This document shows, piece after piece, positions 21,780 to 25,051 of a stretch of 25,051 bases of DNA. The first letter of the stretch is position 1. Each line of letters starts with the position of its first letter. Made by a program: the position numbers and the translations under genes. The notes beneath the pieces are model-generated. The model was not told where the DNA came from, ran no database searches, and worked only from the letters and a program-made list of their open reading frames with translations. This DNA is from a virus (taxonomy: Duplodnaviria; Caudoviricetes): IMG/VR virus record IMGVR_UViG_3300025277_000144, positions 1 to 25,051 of that record; one strand, 5' to 3'.

Positions 21780-23960
21780 TTATAGATAATTCTCTTGATA
21801 ATAAACATAAAACGAAGCTCTTAGGTTTCTAATCTCTTCTACCGTAAGTCGTCGCCCTATCTCGCTAGCGGCCTCAGAAATCCAAATTTCACACTCATTG
21901 TGGGCGTCCGGAGGTATCGAGGCGGAGTTAACAGCGGCAGCAATAGAGGTATCGCCAATCTCATCCTCTGAATCAAGACTACAAAGTATTTCAAATTTTA
22001 TTCTCTCAGCTTCCGCTGATTCTTCTGATGTGAGACTTCTCATGTTCTTCTTATCAAACTGAGCTAAAATTGCCGGATTAATAAGTTCGGATATCTTTTC
22101 CTGAGCTTCCTTAGCCCATAGTTCCAGAGAGGCTCTTCTTCTAGGCTTAAAGGTTCTTTTTTCTCTTGGGGTCATGTCCCGTGAATTCTTAGGGCGTCCG
22201 GGCTTCTCTTTTGTGTCTACATCTTGATCGGGAGGAAGCTCTCGTTGCTTATTCTGCGGAGATTCTTTCTTTTGGCGCATCTCTAAGGCTGACTTGTCCC
22301 CATCTTTATCTTCAAGCTTCAAGCCAACCTGACTCGGAGAAACAACCCCCGTTTGGAGAGCAACCTTTTCTAAGGAGAACTCTTTGTCTACGGCATGATA
22401 AGGACTAATCTTTTCAGACATAGATCGACCATCCCTTCTCTTTCTTTCGTTAGCAAGTCTCTTTCTTTCGATATCTGGCTGGGCTTTAATATTTCTCTGA
22501 ACAAGCTCATCGCTGATAATGTTTCGATCTGCCAAGTTTATCATTAGCTGGGTCATGGCGGCTGGGTCATCTAAGTACATAAAGTCGAACTCTACCTTGG
22601 GGCAGAAACGGAATCCCATTGCTTCTTGGACAATTTTGGTTTGTTGGGACCAAAAATCCACCAGAATGTTTCTTACATAATTTAGTCTCTCAGTAAGGGT
22701 TTTGAGCGATATAAAATTATTTGTCGTTCCGGCAGCGCCAAATGTTCCTGTAAGAGTGGGAGGAATCCCAAGACAAGCATATATAGCCATTAGGGTAGGC
22801 TTGTACTTCTCTTCCCCTAAAAACCTTTGCACGTCTGTCCCAGTTTCTACCAACTCAATATCTGGGCCCCACACTATATCAATGGTGCCCCCTCCCACAT
22901 TGGTTCCTAATATTTCACCCAAAGCTGCTGCGGCTGTAGAGGTGGGAGCCAATTTGTGCTCCAAGCTTCCCAGCTTCCAAACTCGAATTTTGGATATAGC
23001 TCCGTCTAGGGCGGCCTGATCGGCCAGCTTAAGCTTCTCGTATAAAAGAAGGTCCTTGAAGCAGGCATAGGTCATGGGATCAGCCCATTCTTGCCAATCG
23101 TCCTTTTTGTAATGCAAAAAGAATGTTTTGTCAGGAGGAAGCAAAACTCCCTTTTGGGTTTCTGCTGAACTCAGAATCTCGTCAGGAATCTGAGACAATA
23201 GAGATCTTTCTAGTGTATTTCCGCTATTTTGTATCTTTCTTAACTCTCTTCTCACTCCGTTGGGGAGCTTCATTTTGTAGAGCTTTGTCCCAATCATATT
23301 TGAGAGAGAGCCCCCTACGACATCTATCAAAAGGGGATCAAGAAAAATATACTGCCAAGGAAGTTCTCCTTTTTGGAAGTCTTTATTGTTAATAATGGCC
23401 TGCATGTCTGGCGACGCAATAGACTTTTGCATTTCAAGTCGTTTTTGTTTACTGAGCTTGGCAGTCTTCATTCTTATTGGAACATTGGCTTCTCTGAATA
23501 AAAGATTGCAGACCCTTTCTGATACAAATTTTCCTTTAACACGATTAAACCAATCGTTATAAAACTTTTCTATCCTAGGATTTTGATGCACTAAGCGAAT
23601 GCCTTGGCAAGCAAAATCACCCATAAGATCTATGGCATTACGAATAAGACCAATTCTACGATACGCGGCACGAGCAAAGGCAATAATGTCCTTTGGCTTT
23701 TGCGGGACCGCATTTCCCGGACGGAACCAATCAAAGTCAGCTTGTCCCAGACCGGGGCGTCCGCTTAACTTGGTGGTTAAATCAGAAAAATCTCTCGTGC
23801 GAGAACCTAGGCTTGCAGAGCTAAATTCTGGAACCGCCTCGCTATAGGCTGCAAGGGCTCGGCTTAGGTCCTTGGGATCTCCGGAATCCCAGCTTACATA
23901 AGCGCTCCCTTCTGGGAACGCTATATCTTTACTGCGAGGATATTTTCTTTTTGCCACCAT
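21780..23960 (-). CDS. Portal protein
   Basis: 726 aa, directly after TerL. IGLIRNAIDLMGDF, HYKKDDWQEWADP and LGIPPTLTG...NFISLK motifs; charged C-terminal extension with a PGRPK motif. Confidence 0.88.
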   Translation of the reverse strand: MVAKRKYPRSKDIAFPEGSAYVSWDSGDPKDLSRALAAYSEAVPEFSSASLGSRTRDFSDLTTKLSGRPGLGQADFDWFRPGNAVPQKPKDIIAFARAAYRRIGLIRNAIDLMGDFACQGIRLVHQNPRIEKFYNDWFNRVKGKFVSERVCNLLFREANVPIRMKTAKLSKQKRLEMQKSIASPDMQAIINNKDFQKGELPWQYIFLDPLLIDVVGGSLSNMIGTKLYKMKLPNGVRRELRKIQNSGNTLERSLLSQIPDEILSSAETQKGVLLPPDKTFFLHYKKDDWQEWADPMTYACFKDLLLYEKLKLADQAALDGAISKIRVWKLGSLEHKLAPTSTAAAALGEILGTNVGGGTIDIVWGPDIELVETGTDVQRFLGEEKYKPTLMAIYACLGIPPTLTGTFGAAGTTNNFISLKTLTERLNYVRNILVDFWSQQTKIVQEAMGFRFCPKVEFDFMYLDDPAAMTQLMINLADRNIISDELVQRNIKAQPDIERKRLANERKRRDGRSMSEKISPYHAVDKEFSLEKVALQTGVVSPSQVGLKLEDKDGDKSALEMRQKKESPQNKQRELPPDQDVDTKEKPGRPKNSRDMTPREKRTFKPRRRASLELWAKEAQEKISELINPAILAQFDKKNMRSLTSEESAEAERIKFEILCSLDSEDEIGDTSIAAAVNSASIPPDAHNECEIWISEAASEIGRRLTVEEIRNLRASFYVYYQENYL

Positions 23961-24004
23961 TTTCTCCAGTGAGCATTGAAGTTAAAAACAATACCTATTA
24001 TCTT

Positions 24005-24011
24005 TACACCA
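24005..24011 (-). promoter_or_regulatory. TGGTGTA motif (putative late promoter) upstream of the portal gene
   Basis: TTGGTGTAAAGATAAT in the TerL-portal gap. Confidence 0.55.
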
Positions 24012-24015
24012 ATGG

Positions 24016-25051
24016 TTAATGTTTCCTTCGGATTGCAAAGCATGTTCCGTCGTTGATCCCCTTGGCCCACTCTGGCCCCATGTACATATCCTTGGTGGCT
24101 GCCCCGTCTCCTGTTTTTCCAGCAATTCTTCCTATGGACTGATAGGTTGGAGGAGGAAGCTCCCTATGTATTGTTCTAGCTATCATATTTGCTATAACTA
24201 AAGCGCTATATCTATCTTTCCTCATTCTTCCCTTCTTTCCTGTGGCTAGTTTAACTTCTGGTGTGTCCCATCTTTCTCTGCCGGAGGGAGTTTTGCTTAT
24301 CACTATGTTCGATAGCTCGTCCTTAAGTTCTTCCATCTCCATAACTGCATCCTCTAGAGTATCATAGAGTCGTAGGGCATCTGTTTCTCCTGTCTTTTGC
24401 TTTATTTCGTTAAAAAATATTTTATCTTTTTCTGTCATAAGGCTTAATGTTAATGTGTCAAACCTTGGAAATAGCAATGCCTTATCTTCTAGATCCTTCC
24501 GTAGTCCGTGATTGGCCTGAGCTGTCCAAGAAGCACTGGCAAAATTAATAAGCTCTAAAATATGGTCTCCGGCTAAGTCGTCCGTTTCTTTGGATTTTCC
24601 TTCTTCAATTATTTCATATATTGGTCTTTCTCCTTCTCGAACCTTGTCTAAGTCTCTTAAAGATTCTGCAATTGTATAGCCCCCTCCCTGAGAGTCAATG
24701 CCAATACGAGGACACGGGAAAACTTTCAATAGGTCACGAATCTTTCTAGAACAAAAGCTATAGTAGTCATGGCTATCAGTTAGGCCAAACTTTTGTCTTC
24801 CCTGAAAGTCTTTTTTATTTGTACTCCATGAGTAAACAATCCTTTGGTGTTCAGGGCGAAGTTCTAAAATAATAATAGCAAAGTTGTCTTGTTCTGATGC
24901 CGGGTCTATCCCCATAACATAAGATAGGCCAGCGGAGCCTCCTGTTAGGGGGTCAAAGGGCATCGGACACCATATTGGCCAACCATTTTTATCGCAATTC
25001 TCATCTGTCGCTACGCATGAGTGAATAAGGCTTCTTTTGAAAAATCCTTGG
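24016..25051 (-). CDS. terL: Terminase large subunit, C-terminal RNase H-like nuclease domain (5'-truncated)
   Basis: Frame stays open to the window edge (QGFFKRSLIHSC...). Nuclease motifs YVMGIDPA, DNFAI, IGIDSQGGG and KDRYSAL. Upstream of portal. Confidence 0.9.
   Translation of the reverse strand, partial: QGFFKRSLIHSCVATDENCDKNGWPIWCPMPFDPLTGGSAGLSYVMGIDPASEQDNFAIIILELRPEHQRIVYSWSTNKKDFQGRQKFGLTDSHDYYSFCSRKIRDLLKVFPCPRIGIDSQGGGYTIAESLRDLDKVREGERPIYEIIEEGKSKETDDLAGDHILELINFASASWTAQANHGLRKDLEDKALLFPRFDTLTLSLMTEKDKIFFNEIKQKTGETDALRLYDTLEDAVMEMEELKDELSNIVISKTPSGRERWDTPEVKLATGKKGRMRKDRYSALVIANMIARTIHRELPPPTYQSIGRIAGKTGDGAATKDMYMGPEWAKGINDGTCFAIRRKH

Noticed and set aside
1-25051. Alternative genetic code, introns/inteins, tRNAs, tail sheath
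   Set aside because: Genes tile the strand densely under the standard code with no interrupted frames. No intein, intron, tRNA or sheath signatures were recognised by eye.

Overview
A 25-kb slice of the virion morphogenesis region of a large tailed dsDNA phage (Caudoviricetes). No sheath gene is visible, so it is probably siphovirus-like. Every credible gene is on the minus strand. From the right end: terminase large subunit (5'-truncated), portal, prohead protease with a nested scaffold, decoration protein, major capsid protein, a signal-peptide-bearing trypsin-like protease, a fibre/adaptor cluster with a strongly repetitive fibre, head-tail joining genes, major tail (tube) protein, a small membrane protein plus an actin-family ATPase, three chaperone-like or hypothetical genes, and a tape measure protein of at least 1748 aa that runs off the left edge and is missing from the ORF track. 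The standout is an actin whose motifs I recognise as closest to haloarchaeal volactin. It overlaps a single-TM protein gene and sits inside the tail module, making it a candidate phage-encoded, membrane-anchored actin system. A recurring TGGTGTA motif upstream of genes, three intrinsic terminators and an internal scaffold start outline the late transcription plan. All family assignments come from motif recognition and gene order, not database searches.
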